The notes beneath the pieces were generated by a model. It saw only the letters and a list, made by a program, of their open reading frames with translations, did no database searches and was not told where the DNA came from. Made by a program: the position numbers and the translations under genes. From contig CAVRAY010000001.1 of NCBI GenBank assembly GCA_963719225.1, positions 1,760,001-1,824,000 on the forward strand: a stretch of 64,000 nt of DNA, in the 5' to 3' direction. The number at the start of each line of letters is the position of its first letter. The first letter of the stretch is position 1. Below are positions 36,498 to 46,741 of this stretch, piece after piece. This DNA comes from Thermoanaerobaculia bacterium. GTDB taxonomy: Bacteria > Acidobacteriota > Thermoanaerobaculia > UBA5066.

Positions 36498-36583
36498 GCG
36501 GGGCCGGAGCCCCTCCTCCTGCTCGCGCAAACTCGCTTCGCTCAGACAGTGCGCTCGGGAGTCGGAAGGGCTCCGCCCCCCGC
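36498..36583. repeat. REP/MITE-like palindromic element
   Basis: Arms GCGGGGCCGGAGCCC and GGGCTCCGCCCCCCGC, inner GCGCA/TGCGC, loop AACTCGCTTCGCTCAGACAG. Confidence 0.6.
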
Positions 36584-36629
36584 TCGTCTTTCTTTCTAAG
36601 CAAATCTTTCTTCGTGCTCTTCGTACATT

Positions 36630-37493
36630 TCACAGCGCGACCAGCCGGTCGTACGTCTCCGGCCGCCGGTCCCGGAAGAACTGCCACGTGCGGCGGACCT
36701 CCTCGATCAAATCGAGGTCGCACGTCGCGACGACGAGCTCGTCCTTGTCTTCGCTGGCGGTCGCGAGGAAGCTGCCACGCGGATCCACGATGTACGACGA
36801 CCCGTAGAAGCGCCCGATGTTCCAGGGAGCTTCCGTCCCCACGCGGTTCGACGCCGCCACGAAATAGCCGTTCGCGACGGCGTGCGCGGGCTGCTCGAGC
36901 TTCCAGAGGTATTGCGAGAGGCCGGCGACCGTCGCCGAAGGGTTGAAGACGATCTCGGCGCCGTTCAGGCCCAGCGCGCGGGCGCCCTCCGGGAAGTGCC
37001 GGTCGTAGCAGATGTAGACGCCCACTTTCGCGTACCGCGTCTGGAAGACCGGATAGCCCATGTTGCCCGGCTTGAAGAAGTACTTCTCCCAGAAGCCGGA
37101 CGTGTGAGGGATGTGGTTCTTGCGGTACTTGCCGAGGTACGTCCCGTCGGAGTCGTAGACGGCGGCGGTGTTGTAGTAGACGCCCGCGTCCTCCCGCTCG
37201 TACACGGGCACGACGACCGCCATCCGGTATCGCTTCGCGACCTTCGCGATCGCCTCGGTCGTGGGTCCCGGCACGCTCTCGGCGGCGTCGTACCAGTGCG
37301 GGTCCTGCGACGGGCAGAAATACGGGCCGTTGAAGATCTCCTGCAATCCGAGAATCTGCACGCCCTTCTTTCCCGCCTCGTGGATGAGGGGGAGCGTGGC
37401 CTCGAGCGCCGCCTTTTGGACCTTCGAAACGGGTGCTTTGGTGTCCGAGATCGGGTTGTGAGTCTGAATCAGGCCGACCGAGACCTTTCTCAT
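36630..37493 (-). CDS. Beta-ureidopropionase (nitrilase family)
   Basis: LQEIFNGPYFC, YRKNHIP, FWEKYFF, ICYDRHFPEG; adjacent to hydA. Confidence 0.9.
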   Translation of the reverse strand: MRKVSVGLIQTHNPISDTKAPVSKVQKAALEATLPLIHEAGKKGVQILGLQEIFNGPYFCPSQDPHWYDAAESVPGPTTEAIAKVAKRYRMAVVVPVYEREDAGVYYNTAAVYDSDGTYLGKYRKNHIPHTSGFWEKYFFKPGNMGYPVFQTRYAKVGVYICYDRHFPEGARALGLNGAEIVFNPSATVAGLSQYLWKLEQPAHAVANGYFVAASNRVGTEAPWNIGRFYGSSYIVDPRGSFLATASEDKDELVVATCDLDLIEEVRRTWQFFRDRRPETYDRLVAL

Positions 37494-37537
37494 TCGCCTA
37501 CGTCCTCTTTACCTTCTAAGAAATCTCCCGGTCTTTC

Positions 37538-39058
37538 TCAGAACCACCGCTCGATGACGACCTTCTGATCCGTGTAGAAGACGACGCTGTCGCGGCCGGT
37601 CGCCTTCACGTCGCCGAAGAAGCTCTCTTTCGAGCCTCCGAACGGGAAGAACGCCATCGGCGCCGCGACGCCGACGTTCACGCCGACCATCGCCGGAGGC
37701 GCCTGCATCGCGAAGTCGCGCGCGGCCTTGCCGCTCGTGGTGAAGATCGACGTCGTGTTCGCCTGCGGGTGCGCGTGGAGGAGCTCGAGCGCGCTCGCCG
37801 TGTCCGGCACGTTCACGAGCGACAGCACGGGCCCGAAGATCTCTTCGCGTCCGATGGACGACTTCGGATCCACCTTGTCGAACACCGTGGGACCGAGGAA
37901 GAAGCCCTTCTCGCGGCCCTTCACGGTATGTCCCCGCCCGTCGAGGAGGAGCTCGGCCCCCTCGGCGATCCCTTTCTCGATGTACGAGACGACGCGCTGC
38001 CGCGCGCTCTCGCGAATGACCGGACCCATGGAGACGCCGGGCTCGGCGCCGTCGCCCACGCGGATGGACTTCGCCGCCGCGACGAGACGCTCCCTGATCT
38101 CGCCGTGCGATTTTCCGATCGTGACGACGACCGAGCCCGCGAGACAGCGCTCGCCCGCGCAGCCGTAGCAGGATTCCGAGACGATGCCGATGGACTTGTC
38201 GAGGTTCGCGTCGGGCATCACGACGATGAAGTTCTTCGCGCCTCCGAGGGCCTGCACGCGTTTTCCCGCGTGAGTGCCCGTGCGGTAGACGTGTTTTGCG
38301 ACGGGTGTCGAGCCGACGAAAGACACGCCGCGGACGTCGGGGTGCTCGCAGAGGCCGTTCACGACGTCGACGCCCCCGTTCACGATGTTGACGACACCGG
38401 GGGGAACGCAGCCCTCGAGGAGCTCGTGGATGCGCTTCTGCGAAAGCGGCACGAGCTCCGACGGCTTCATGACGAACGTGTTTCCCGTCGCGACCGCGAA
38501 CGGCAGGAACCAGAGAGGCACCATGGCCGGGAAGTTGAACGGCGCGATGGCCCCGAAGACGCCGAGAGGCTGGCGGTGGACGTCGCAGTCGATGCCGCGC
38601 GCGATGTCCTCGAGGCCCGAGCCCATCATGAGCGAGGGCATGCCGCACGCGACCTCCACGCACTCGATGCCGCGCCGCACCGAGCCGCGGGCCTCGTCCA
38701 GCGTCTTGCCGTGCTCGGTCGTGACGATCCGGGCCAGCTCCTCGAAGTGCTCCTCGAGGCGGTTCTTGAAGGCGAACATGGTCCGGGCGCGCTCGACGAC
38801 CGGAGTCGCGCGCCAGGCCGGGAACGCGGCCTTCGCGGCCGCGACGGCGGCGTCCACGTCGCCCCTCGTCGAGAGCGGAGTCTTCGCGATCACCGCGCCC
38901 GTGGCCGGATTGAAGACGTCGACCGTGCCCGAGGCGCGCGCATCGACCCACATACCGCCGATGAAGTTCGAGAGGACGGGAACGGGAACGGCGTGAGACC
39001 CGGACGACAGGGCGCGATGGGTGCCGGACGTGGTCGCGGTGGGGGCGGAAGGAGCCAT
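37538..39058 (-). CDS. mmsA: CoA-acylating (methyl)malonate-semialdehyde dehydrogenase
   Basis: PFNFPAMVP, KPSE, SFVGST, GGAKN, AGERCLA, FGGSKESFFG. Confidence 0.93.
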   Translation of the reverse strand: MAPSAPTATTSGTHRALSSGSHAVPVPVLSNFIGGMWVDARASGTVDVFNPATGAVIAKTPLSTRGDVDAAVAAAKAAFPAWRATPVVERARTMFAFKNRLEEHFEELARIVTTEHGKTLDEARGSVRRGIECVEVACGMPSLMMGSGLEDIARGIDCDVHRQPLGVFGAIAPFNFPAMVPLWFLPFAVATGNTFVMKPSELVPLSQKRIHELLEGCVPPGVVNIVNGGVDVVNGLCEHPDVRGVSFVGSTPVAKHVYRTGTHAGKRVQALGGAKNFIVVMPDANLDKSIGIVSESCYGCAGERCLAGSVVVTIGKSHGEIRERLVAAAKSIRVGDGAEPGVSMGPVIRESARQRVVSYIEKGIAEGAELLLDGRGHTVKGREKGFFLGPTVFDKVDPKSSIGREEIFGPVLSLVNVPDTASALELLHAHPQANTTSIFTTSGKAARDFAMQAPPAMVGVNVGVAAPMAFFPFGGSKESFFGDVKATGRDSVVFYTDQKVVIERWF

Positions 39059-39097
39059 GCGTCACCTCCAGGGGGAACGCGATTCTATGCCCGCCTT

Positions 39098-40315
39098 TCA
39101 GCTTCGCGCGAGCAGCGCAGCGACCCGGTCGAGGATCCTCTCGGCGACCTCGGCCTTCGAGAGCAGCGGCAGCTCCTCTGCCCCGCCCGCGTCGATCAGG
39201 GTGACGCGGTTCGAGTCGGAGCCGAAGCCCGAGTCCGTTCGCGAGACGTCGTTCGCGACGACGAGGGAAACGTTCTTCTCCTGCAGCTTTTTTCGCGCGT
39301 TCGCGACGAGATCGTTCGTCTCGGCCGCGAATCCCACGACGCACATGGGCTGTCCGGTCTTCGCGCGCGCTTCGGCGACGGCCGAGAGGATGTCGGTCGT
39401 GCGCTCGAGCTCGAGGACCGGCGGGCCCGCGTCCTTCTTGATCTTCTGTGCGGCAGGCCGCGCCGGGCGGAAGTCCGCGACGGCAGCCGCCATCAGCAGA
39501 GCATCCGCGCCGGCGCAAGCCTCGAGGACGGCACGCGCCATCTCTTCGGCGGATCCCACGTCGATCCGCGTCGCGCCCGTCGGCGTGGGCAGAGGACATG
39601 GTGCCGCGACGAGCGTCACCTCCGCTCCGCGGTCGAGAGCGGCCTGGGCGAGCGCGAAACCCTGCTTGCCGGACGAGCGGTTCGCGAGGACGCGCACCGG
39701 ATCGACGGGCTCCTCCGTGCCTCCTGCCGTCACGACGACACGCCTTCCGGAGAGGGGGCCGTTCCGGCCGACCGCGTGCCGGACGTGGCCCAGGATCTCC
39801 TCCGGCTCGAGCATGCGGCCGCGACCCGCGAGGCCGGAGGCCATCCGGCCCTCGGCGGGCCCGAGCACGGTGGCGCCGCGCATGTGAAGGGTCGCCAGAT
39901 TCGCCTGGACGGTGGCGTGCTTGAACATTCCGGCGTCCATCGCGGGAGCGACGAGGAGCGGGCACCGCGCCGCGAGGGCGGTCACGGTGAGGAGGTCGTC
40001 GGCCAGCCCGTGCGCGAGCTTCGCGAGGACGTCGGCCGTCGCGGGCGCGACGAGGAGGAGATCCGCGCCTTCGCCGAGGCCGACGTGCAGGACGTGCGCC
40101 TCCGCGCCCCAGAGGTCCGCGTAGGCAGGGCGCCCCGTCAGGGACTGAAACGTCAGAGGCGTGACGAACCGCGCCGCGGCGGCCGTCAGGATCGCGTCCA
40201 CCTGCGCGCCTGCCTGCGTGAGCTGGCTCGCGAGGTCGGCCGCCTTGTACGCGGCGATGGACCCGCTGACGCCGAGGAGGATTCTCTTCCCGCGGAGGAC
40301 CTCGATCGTGTCCAT
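39098..40315 (-). CDS. coaBC: Phosphopantothenoylcysteine decarboxylase/synthetase
   Basis: GSIAAYKA, APATA, APAMD, TAGGTEEPVDPVR, NRSSGKQG, GFAAET. Confidence 0.96.
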   Translation of the reverse strand: MDTIEVLRGKRILLGVSGSIAAYKAADLASQLTQAGAQVDAILTAAAARFVTPLTFQSLTGRPAYADLWGAEAHVLHVGLGEGADLLLVAPATADVLAKLAHGLADDLLTVTALAARCPLLVAPAMDAGMFKHATVQANLATLHMRGATVLGPAEGRMASGLAGRGRMLEPEEILGHVRHAVGRNGPLSGRRVVVTAGGTEEPVDPVRVLANRSSGKQGFALAQAALDRGAEVTLVAAPCPLPTPTGATRIDVGSAEEMARAVLEACAGADALLMAAAVADFRPARPAAQKIKKDAGPPVLELERTTDILSAVAEARAKTGQPMCVVGFAAETNDLVANARKKLQEKNVSLVVANDVSRTDSGFGSDSNRVTLIDAGGAEELPLLSKAEVAERILDRVAALLARS

Positions 40316-41085
40316 CAGTCGCCCACGTTCATCTCGTGGACGAGACGCAGGCCGTCCAGGGTCAGCCACGGCGCCACGACGTCGATGGCCGTCGTCTCCT
40401 TCGCGACCGTCTCGGCGAGGCCGCCCGTCGCGACCACCTTCATCGCCGGTCCGAGCTCTTTCCGGAAGCGCGTCACCATTCCCTCCACGAGGCTCACGTA
40501 TCCGAACAGCATTCCCGACTGGATGGAATGCACGGTGTTCTTGCCGATCGCGGACGGCGGGCGCACGAGATCCACGCGGGGGAGCTTCGCCGCGCGCTGG
40601 AACAGGGCCTCCGCCGCGATGCCGATGCCGGGCGCGATGGCGCCGCCGAGGTAGTCGCCTTCCAGGGAGATCGCGTCGAAAGTCGTGGCGGTGCCGAAGT
40701 CGACGCAGCACGCCGGACCGCCGTAGAGATGGCTGATCGCGACGGCATCCACGACCCGGTCCGCGCCGACCTGCTTGGGATCGTCGTACCGGATGCGTAC
40801 CCCCGTCTTCACGCCGGCGTCCACGACGAGCGGCGTCCGGCCGAGATACCGCACCGCGGCCTCCTCGAGGACTCCCGTGAGCGGCGGCACGACCGACGCC
40901 ATGACGACCGCGTCCACGGCCTCGACCTCGAAGCCCGCGTGCTCGAGCAGGTCGTCGAGGAGCATTCCGTACTCGTCCGCCGTCCGGTTGTGAACGGTCG
41001 CGAGGCGCCACCTCGGCCCCGGCACGGCGGCGTCGTAGAGGCCGAGCGTGATGTTGCTGTTCCCGACGTCGATTGCGAGAAGCAT
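40315..41085 (-). CDS. coaX: Type III pantothenate kinase
   Basis: AIDVGNSN, VGADR, DFGTATT, GGAIAPG, ATGG. Confidence 0.95.
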   Translation of the reverse strand: MLLAIDVGNSNITLGLYDAAVPGPRWRLATVHNRTADEYGMLLDDLLEHAGFEVEAVDAVVMASVVPPLTGVLEEAAVRYLGRTPLVVDAGVKTGVRIRYDDPKQVGADRVVDAVAISHLYGGPACCVDFGTATTFDAISLEGDYLGGAIAPGIGIAAEALFQRAAKLPRVDLVRPPSAIGKNTVHSIQSGMLFGYVSLVEGMVTRFRKELGPAMKVVATGGLAETVAKETTAIDVVAPWLTLDGLRLVHEMNVGD

Positions 41086-41924
41086 CAGGTCCCTCCGAGG
41101 ACGACGTTGTCGATGAGCCGCGTCTTTCCGATGCGCGCGGCGAGGGAGACGAGCGCGGGGCCGTGGACGCGCTCGAGCTCGGCGAGGGTTTCAGCGTCCG
41201 CGACGGAAACGTAGTCCGGCCGGACGAGCGGCTCGCCCTCGAGCGTTTTCGTCAGGACCGCGCGCAGCCGGCCGGCGTCGCGCTCGCCCGAGTGGAAAGC
41301 GGCGCTGGCGGCTTCGAGGGCGCGATGAAGCACCGGGGCCGCGCGGCGCTCGTCGGGGCCGAGGTAGGCGTTCCGGCTGCTCATGGCGAGCCCGTCCTTT
41401 TCGCGCACGATCGGGCACACGACGACGTCGACCGGAAGAGACAGATCCTCGACCATCCGCCGGATCACGGCGATCTGCTGCGCGTCCTTCTGCCCGAAAT
41501 AGGCTCGAGTCGGATGGAAGACGTTGAAGAGCTTCGCCACGACGGTCGCGACGCCGCGAAAGTGTCCGGGACGCCGGGCGCCTTCCAGCGGCGCACTCAC
41601 GTCCTCCACCGTGATCCACGTCTGGAATCCCGGCGGGTAGACCTCGCTAGCCGACGGAGTCCAGACGGCGTCCACGCCGAGCGAGGCGAGAAGTCCGAGA
41701 TCGGCGTCGAGAGCCCTCGGATAGGCGGCGAAGTCCTCCGCGGGTCCGAACTGCGCGGGGTTGACGAAGATGCTCGCCGCGACGTGCTCGTTCTCCTTCC
41801 GCGCGCGGGCCACGAGTGAGAGATGGCCTGCGTGCAGCGCGCCCATCGTCGGCACGAGGCCGAGCGACCCTTCCCGCGAAGCCCGGAACGCCCGCACCTC
41901 GGAGACCGTCGTGAGGACCTTCAT
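41085..41924 (-). CDS. panC: Pantoate--beta-alanine ligase
   Basis: VPTMGALHAGH, SIFVNPAQF, RPGHFRGV, FGQKD, MSSRN, RLIDN. Confidence 0.97.
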   Translation of the reverse strand: MKVLTTVSEVRAFRASREGSLGLVPTMGALHAGHLSLVARARKENEHVAASIFVNPAQFGPAEDFAAYPRALDADLGLLASLGVDAVWTPSASEVYPPGFQTWITVEDVSAPLEGARRPGHFRGVATVVAKLFNVFHPTRAYFGQKDAQQIAVIRRMVEDLSLPVDVVVCPIVREKDGLAMSSRNAYLGPDERRAAPVLHRALEAASAAFHSGERDAGRLRAVLTKTLEGEPLVRPDYVSVADAETLAELERVHGPALVSLAARIGKTRLIDNVVLGGT

Positions 41925-42796
41925 GCGGCGGCGCGCGCGGCGAAGAGGCGCAGCAGCGCCTCGTTCGCGGGAGTGGGAACTCCGAGGCGTGCGCCCTCGC
42001 GCACGACGGCGCCGTTGATCGCGTCGATTTCCGTGGGCGCACCCCTGAGGACGTCCTGCAGCATCGAGGAGAGGTTCGAGGCCGTGGCGCGGGCGACGCG
42101 ACGCGCCTCCGCGGCGGCGTCCGGGAAGGGAAGAGCGATTTCCTTCGCGCGCGCGACCTCCGCGACCTCGTTCGCCGCGCGCTCGAGGAGCGACAGGGCT
42201 TCGGGGCGTTCCAGGAGCTGGCCGTTCGGAACCTCCAGGATCGCGGTAAGCGCGTTGATGCCCGCGTTCACGGCGAGCTTTCCCCACGCGAGCGAAACGC
42301 CGAGAGCGGGGTCGACGGCACGCGCGTCGAGACCCGCGGAGCGAAAAAGGGCGGCGAGGGACTCGGGGCCGGCGATGTGCGTGGGGCCGTCGCCCGCCGG
42401 GCGCACGCGTCCGGGCGCGACGAGCGTCGCACCCTGCTCCGTCACGCCGAGGAGCGCTCGCGGGCCGAGCTTCTCGACGTTTCCGAGACCGTTCTGAAGG
42501 GTGAGGACGTGGCCGTCCCGGCCGGTCAACGCGGGAACCTCGCGCGCGACGCGGTCGGTCTGCCACGACTTCACGAGAACGAGGACGAGAGTCCCGGCGT
42601 CGAGCGGCGTCCCGAGGCGTACGGCCTTCACGGCGACCGCTTCTTCCGAGCCGGGAGCGTCGACGAGGATGCCGCGCGCCGCGATCGCGTCGATCCCTTC
42701 GGTCCACGTGCCGACGAGCGTGACCTCGGCCACGCGCGCGAGACGCGCTCCGAAGAAGCACGCGAGCGCTCCCGTCCCGAGGACGTGGATCTTCAT
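41921..42796 (-). CDS. panE: Ketopantoate reductase
   Basis: GTGALA, LQNGLG, KLAVNAGINAL, SSMLQD, TEIDAING. Confidence 0.92.
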   Translation of the reverse strand: MKIHVLGTGALACFFGARLARVAEVTLVGTWTEGIDAIAARGILVDAPGSEEAVAVKAVRLGTPLDAGTLVLVLVKSWQTDRVAREVPALTGRDGHVLTLQNGLGNVEKLGPRALLGVTEQGATLVAPGRVRPAGDGPTHIAGPESLAALFRSAGLDARAVDPALGVSLAWGKLAVNAGINALTAILEVPNGQLLERPEALSLLERAANEVAEVARAKEIALPFPDAAAEARRVARATASNLSSMLQDVLRGAPTEIDAINGAVVREGARLGVPTPANEALLRLFAARAAA

Positions 42797-42799
42797 GGT

Positions 42800-43681
42800 T
42801 CAGTGCGCCGTCTCGGCGTCCCATTCGCGCGCGATCGCCCGAAAAACGTCCTCGTCGAGCGGGTGCGCGTGGGCGGCCTCCGGAAAGCGCCCCGTGCGGA
42901 CGTCGTCGACGTAGGCGGCGAACGCCCGCGCCATCTCCTCGTGGAGATTCGCATACTGCTTGACGAACTTCGGGGCGAAGCCGTCCGTCAGTCCGAGGAT
43001 GTCGTGCGTCACGAGAACCTGGCCGTCGCATGCGGCTCCGGCGCCGATTCCGATCGTGGGGATCGAGAGACGGCGCGTGATGAGGCCGGCGAGACGATCC
43101 GGGATGGCTTCCAGCACGAGCGCGTGACAGCCGGCGTCTTCGAGGGCGTGGGCGTCCTCGACGAGGCTCCGCGCCGCGGCGGCCGATTTGCCCTGGGTCT
43201 TGAAGCCTCCGAGCTGGTTCACCTTCTGCGGGGTCAGGCCGATGTGACCCACCACCGGGATTCCCGCTCCGACGAGAGCTCGAACCGCGGGCACGACCTC
43301 GCGGCCGCCTTCCATCTTCACGGCGTTCATGCCGCCTTCCTTCAGGAAGCGGCCGGCGTTCCGCACGGCGTCGGCGACGGAGGCCTGGTACGAGAGGAAC
43401 GGCATGTCGCCGACGAGATGGGCGATCTTCGCGCCGCGCGCGACGGCCTTGGCGTGATGGAGCATCTCCTCCATCGTCACGGGCAGCGTGTTCTCGTACC
43501 CGAGGACGACCATGCCGAGCGAATCGCCCACGAGGATCGAGTCCACGCCGGCGCGGTCGAGGGCGCGGGCGGTGGGGAAGTCGTACGCGGTGAGCATCGT
43601 GATCGGCTCGCCGCGCTCCTTTTTCGCGCGAAGCGTCTGAAGTGTGATTTTCCGATGCGGGGACGGTGAGGTCGTGGACAT
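42800..43681 (-). CDS. panB: 3-methyl-2-oxobutanoate hydroxymethyltransferase
   Basis: LTAYD, LVGDSLG, DMPF, KMEGG, HIGLTPQ, IGIGAG, DGQVLV. Confidence 0.97.
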   Translation of the reverse strand: MSTTSPSPHRKITLQTLRAKKERGEPITMLTAYDFPTARALDRAGVDSILVGDSLGMVVLGYENTLPVTMEEMLHHAKAVARGAKIAHLVGDMPFLSYQASVADAVRNAGRFLKEGGMNAVKMEGGREVVPAVRALVGAGIPVVGHIGLTPQKVNQLGGFKTQGKSAAAARSLVEDAHALEDAGCHALVLEAIPDRLAGLITRRLSIPTIGIGAGAACDGQVLVTHDILGLTDGFAPKFVKQYANLHEEMARAFAAYVDDVRTGRFPEAAHAHPLDEDVFRAIAREWDAETAH

Positions 43682-43824
43682 GGCTATCTTCTCCGTGAAA
43701 GTAAGATGCCCTTCGAAAAGATCTCGAACGGTCGACGCGTCCAGGTCGCAACCGCGATCCCGGCGCGACGAGAATCATAGACCCGTTGCGGCCGCAGGTC
43801 CACGGCCCCGCGGGAATCTTGGAG

Positions 43825-44172
43825 CTACGGCGACAAGACTCGTCGAAGCAACGACTCGAGCGCGAGACGGTCCAGCTTCTCCAATCGTCCGAGCCTTCGC
43901 AGGCGGAGACTCTTCTCGAAGGTCGCCAGGACGGGCTTGATCGTGGAAGGGCCGATCAGGCCGGCCTTCTTCCACCCCGTGATGGGGAGATGGAAGCCCG
44001 AGTCTCTCTGCACCTGGCTCGTGATGGCCATCAGTACGATGTCGGGAAGATTCTGGTTGCAGGCGGCCGAACTGACCACGACCGCGGGGCGGCGCTTGGT
44101 GCCGGCCTGATTCGTGAACGGGAAGGGGACCAGGACGATGTCGCCGAACTCAAAGCTTGTCGTAGGCGGCAT
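43825..44172 (-). CDS. PemK/MazF-family toxin
   Basis: GDIVLVPFPFT...KRRPAVVVS...AITS. Confidence 0.9.
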   Translation of the reverse strand: MPPTTSFEFGDIVLVPFPFTNQAGTKRRPAVVVSSAACNQNLPDIVLMAITSQVQRDSGFHLPITGWKKAGLIGPSTIKPVLATFEKSLRLRRLGRLEKLDRLALESLLRRVLSP

Positions 44173-44371
44173 CGATCGGGTTGTCCCACACGCGGCGGAA
44201 CGAGGGCTCCGACATCTTCAGGGCAGCGCGCCGAAGCTTGTCGTCCTCGTTTTTCTGCCGGAGGAAGTCGACGAAGTCCTCCACCTCGGTCAGCCTCTCG
44301 GGAGGAAGCTCTCGGAGTTTGTCGTCGAGCGACGGCGGCCGGGGAGCACGGGAGTTGACGGCTTTCTTCAT
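44150..44371 (-). CDS. DUF2281-like antitoxin
   Basis: LPPERLTEVEDFVDFL...SEPSFRRVWDNPIDAAYDKL; overlaps the toxin start. Confidence 0.8.
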   Translation of the reverse strand: MKKAVNSRAPRPPSLDDKLRELPPERLTEVEDFVDFLRQKNEDDKLRRAALKMSEPSFRRVWDNPIDAAYDKL

Positions 44372-44434
44372 CGCTCCTGATTCTACGCGCTCCGGCGACT
44401 CAGCATCGTCAGCTCGCGTGACGGCCGGCGCCTT

Positions 44435-45946
44435 TCACTGCCGGCGCACGAAGCTCCAGAATTCCTTTTCGAGGGACTTCGTATCCGTGCCGAGGGCGGC
44501 AGCGAGTGCGTCGAGGCCCGCGGGCGCGCCGAGTGCCGCGGCGCGGAGGAAGACGCGGAAACGTTCCGTGCGCGCCGGATCCCCGCCGAGAAGGAAGCGG
44601 ACGAGGAGACCGGCCTGGGTGTAAGCGTCGCGCCGCGTGCGGGCGTGGGCGAAAAGACGGGTGGCTCGCTCGAGCACCCCGGAGAGGGGCAGTCCGCGGC
44701 CAGCACGAACGCGCTCGAGGAACTCCTTCACCGTGGCGCGGGAACCTGACGAGACGCGCACCACGCGGTCGCCCGTTTTCCGTTCCGACGTGACCGAGTC
44801 GAGAGTTCCGCTCAGGAGCCGGCCCTCCGCGTCCGCCCGGCACCACGCGAGATCTTCCGACAGGCCTTCGGCGATCCACGGCGGGGCCTCCCGCGCGAAG
44901 ACCTCCTGCGACAGGAGGTGCGCCAGCTCGTGTACGACGGTCTGCCGCGTCTCTTCGGCCGTGAGTCCGGCCAGCGCCGCGGCGATTCCGCCGCCCGCGT
45001 GCCCGCGCGTGTCGAGAGTCTCGGGATCCGACCGCGGCACGTGCACGCCCTCCACCCAGACGATGCGCTGCCGGTCCACGAGGGCCGTGAGCCGCCTCGT
45101 GGCTTCTTCGAACGCCTTTGGTCCCGAGACGTCCGTCGCGTCGGACGCTTTTCCCCATGCCGCGGCTTCGGCCGCTCCGGTGCCGACGGTCCAGATGAGG
45201 AGCGGCACGCGGAGGCACCCGAGGAAGTTCCGGGCGGCCGGGGCCGGGAGCCGGCTGGCGTCCTTCGAGCCCGCGAGCAGCAGAACGACCGCTCGCGGAC
45301 GGCTGTTCGCCGAGACATCGAGGCCCGCGACCGCCACGGCGTCGGCGAAGCGGCGCTCCTCCGGCAGGCCGGGCGGGAAGACGCGCCTTCGTCGAGAACG
45401 ACCGAGATTTCGCCGGATCCCTCTTCCGACGCGACGACCTTCAAGGGAGCGCCGTTGGCGAGAAACCAGCCGCCCATCTCGCTTGCAGAGGGCAGCTTCT
45501 TCTTCTCGAAGAGGATCGGCACGGCGGTCAGTTCGGCCTGTGTCTGGTCGCGATTGAGGCCTCCGAACGTGATCTCCGCGGAGGTGGAGGTTTGTCCGGG
45601 AAACTCCAGCTCGGCCCGCAGGAAGTGGAGCTGCTCTGGGACGAACGCGGGAAGCGCGATCCGGGAAGGGTCGAGAGCGAAGCCTCGGCCAGGGACCGCT
45701 GGAGTTGATCTTCTGCAAGGTCTTTCCGATTTCCACGCCGGAGGCGTCGAAAGCGGTCGCTTCGAGGTGGTGAGGCACCGGCGAGGGACCGAAATCGACG
45801 TCGATCCGCCAGGGCTCGCCGCGGAGGCGGCCCAGCATCCGGCCGTCCAGTCGGACCTCGACGGCCGCGACCTCCTTCTCGACGGCCAACTCAACCGGAT
45901 GGACACCGCTGACGAGACCCAGGAAGATGGAGATAAACGTCAGCAT
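44435..45946 (-). pseudogene. Degenerate/chimeric hypothetical gene with C-terminal gluzincin-type motif
   Basis: Protein-like text switches frame near 45690 and back near 45390; C-terminal HELAH...WIAEGLSE. Confidence 0.5.
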
Positions 45947-46114
45947 CCCGGCCAGATACTCATTTTCTGAGAAATCTTCATTTCCGGGGCCTGATTCATC
46001 CTCATCAGTCGTTTTTTCTCTTGACACACCTCATTCGTGAAACAATTCATCCAGGTTCAACTAGGAGTACCAGACCCGTGGTCCACGCGGGCGCGGTTCC
46101 TCCAGGAGTCGTCC

Positions 46115-46741
46115 ATGGCAACGTGGGACACGACGGAAGGCATGGGGCTGACGCCGGCACTCGCTGGTGGTGGTTCGATGGCTGAAGCGTCGGTCCTGCG
46201 CGCCGTTCTCTCAGACGAGCTTCCCGTATCGGACGACGTCTCTTCGGAAGCCGCGGGCATCACTCCCGGAGAGTGGGACTGGACCGCGCTGAACAACGTG
46301 CTCCGCCCCAAGCTGATCGGCCTCGCGGTGAGGAAGTACAACTTCAGCCGCGAAGAGGCGGAAGACGCGGTTCAGACCGTCTACATGCGCGTTCTCGCGC
46401 GTGATCCGCGCGTCAAGGACCCGATCGGCTACGTGAAGATTGCGTTCCTCAACACCTGCCTGAACATTGCGATGGCGAAAGAGCGCAGCGTCCAGCAGAT
46501 GCCGGAAGAGATGGACGTGGCCGACCCGAAATGCGAGAAGGTCACGGCGCGCCTCGAGGCCGTGCGCATGGTCAACAAGGCCATCCGCAGTGCCGGGCCG
46601 AAGTGCAAGCGCATCGTGCGGCTCTACTTCGGGCAGGAATACAGCCTGGCCGACATGACGAAGGCCACGGGCTACTCCAAGAAGACCGTGTGGAAGCGCA
46701 TCTGGGGCTGCCTCGACAAGATGCGTAAGGTGCTCGCGTGA
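46115..46741 (+). CDS. ECF-type sigma-70 factor
   Basis: Region 2 SREEAEDAVQTVY; region 4 RIVRLYFGQEYSLADMTKATGYSKKTVWKRI; AGGAG RBS. Confidence 0.88.
   Translation: MATWDTTEGMGLTPALAGGGSMAEASVLRAVLSDELPVSDDVSSEAAGITPGEWDWTALNNVLRPKLIGLAVRKYNFSREEAEDAVQTVYMRVLARDPRVKDPIGYVKIAFLNTCLNIAMAKERSVQQMPEEMDVADPKCEKVTARLEAVRMVNKAIRSAGPKCKRIVRLYFGQEYSLADMTKATGYSKKTVWKRIWGCLDKMRKVLA

Noticed and set aside
45950-46115. Autoregulatory copy of the GGGGGTCAAAG/CTGTCC motif upstream of the ECF gene
   Set aside because: Only GGTTCAAC...GTCC with the wrong spacing; a TTGACA at 46021 lacks a correctly spaced -10
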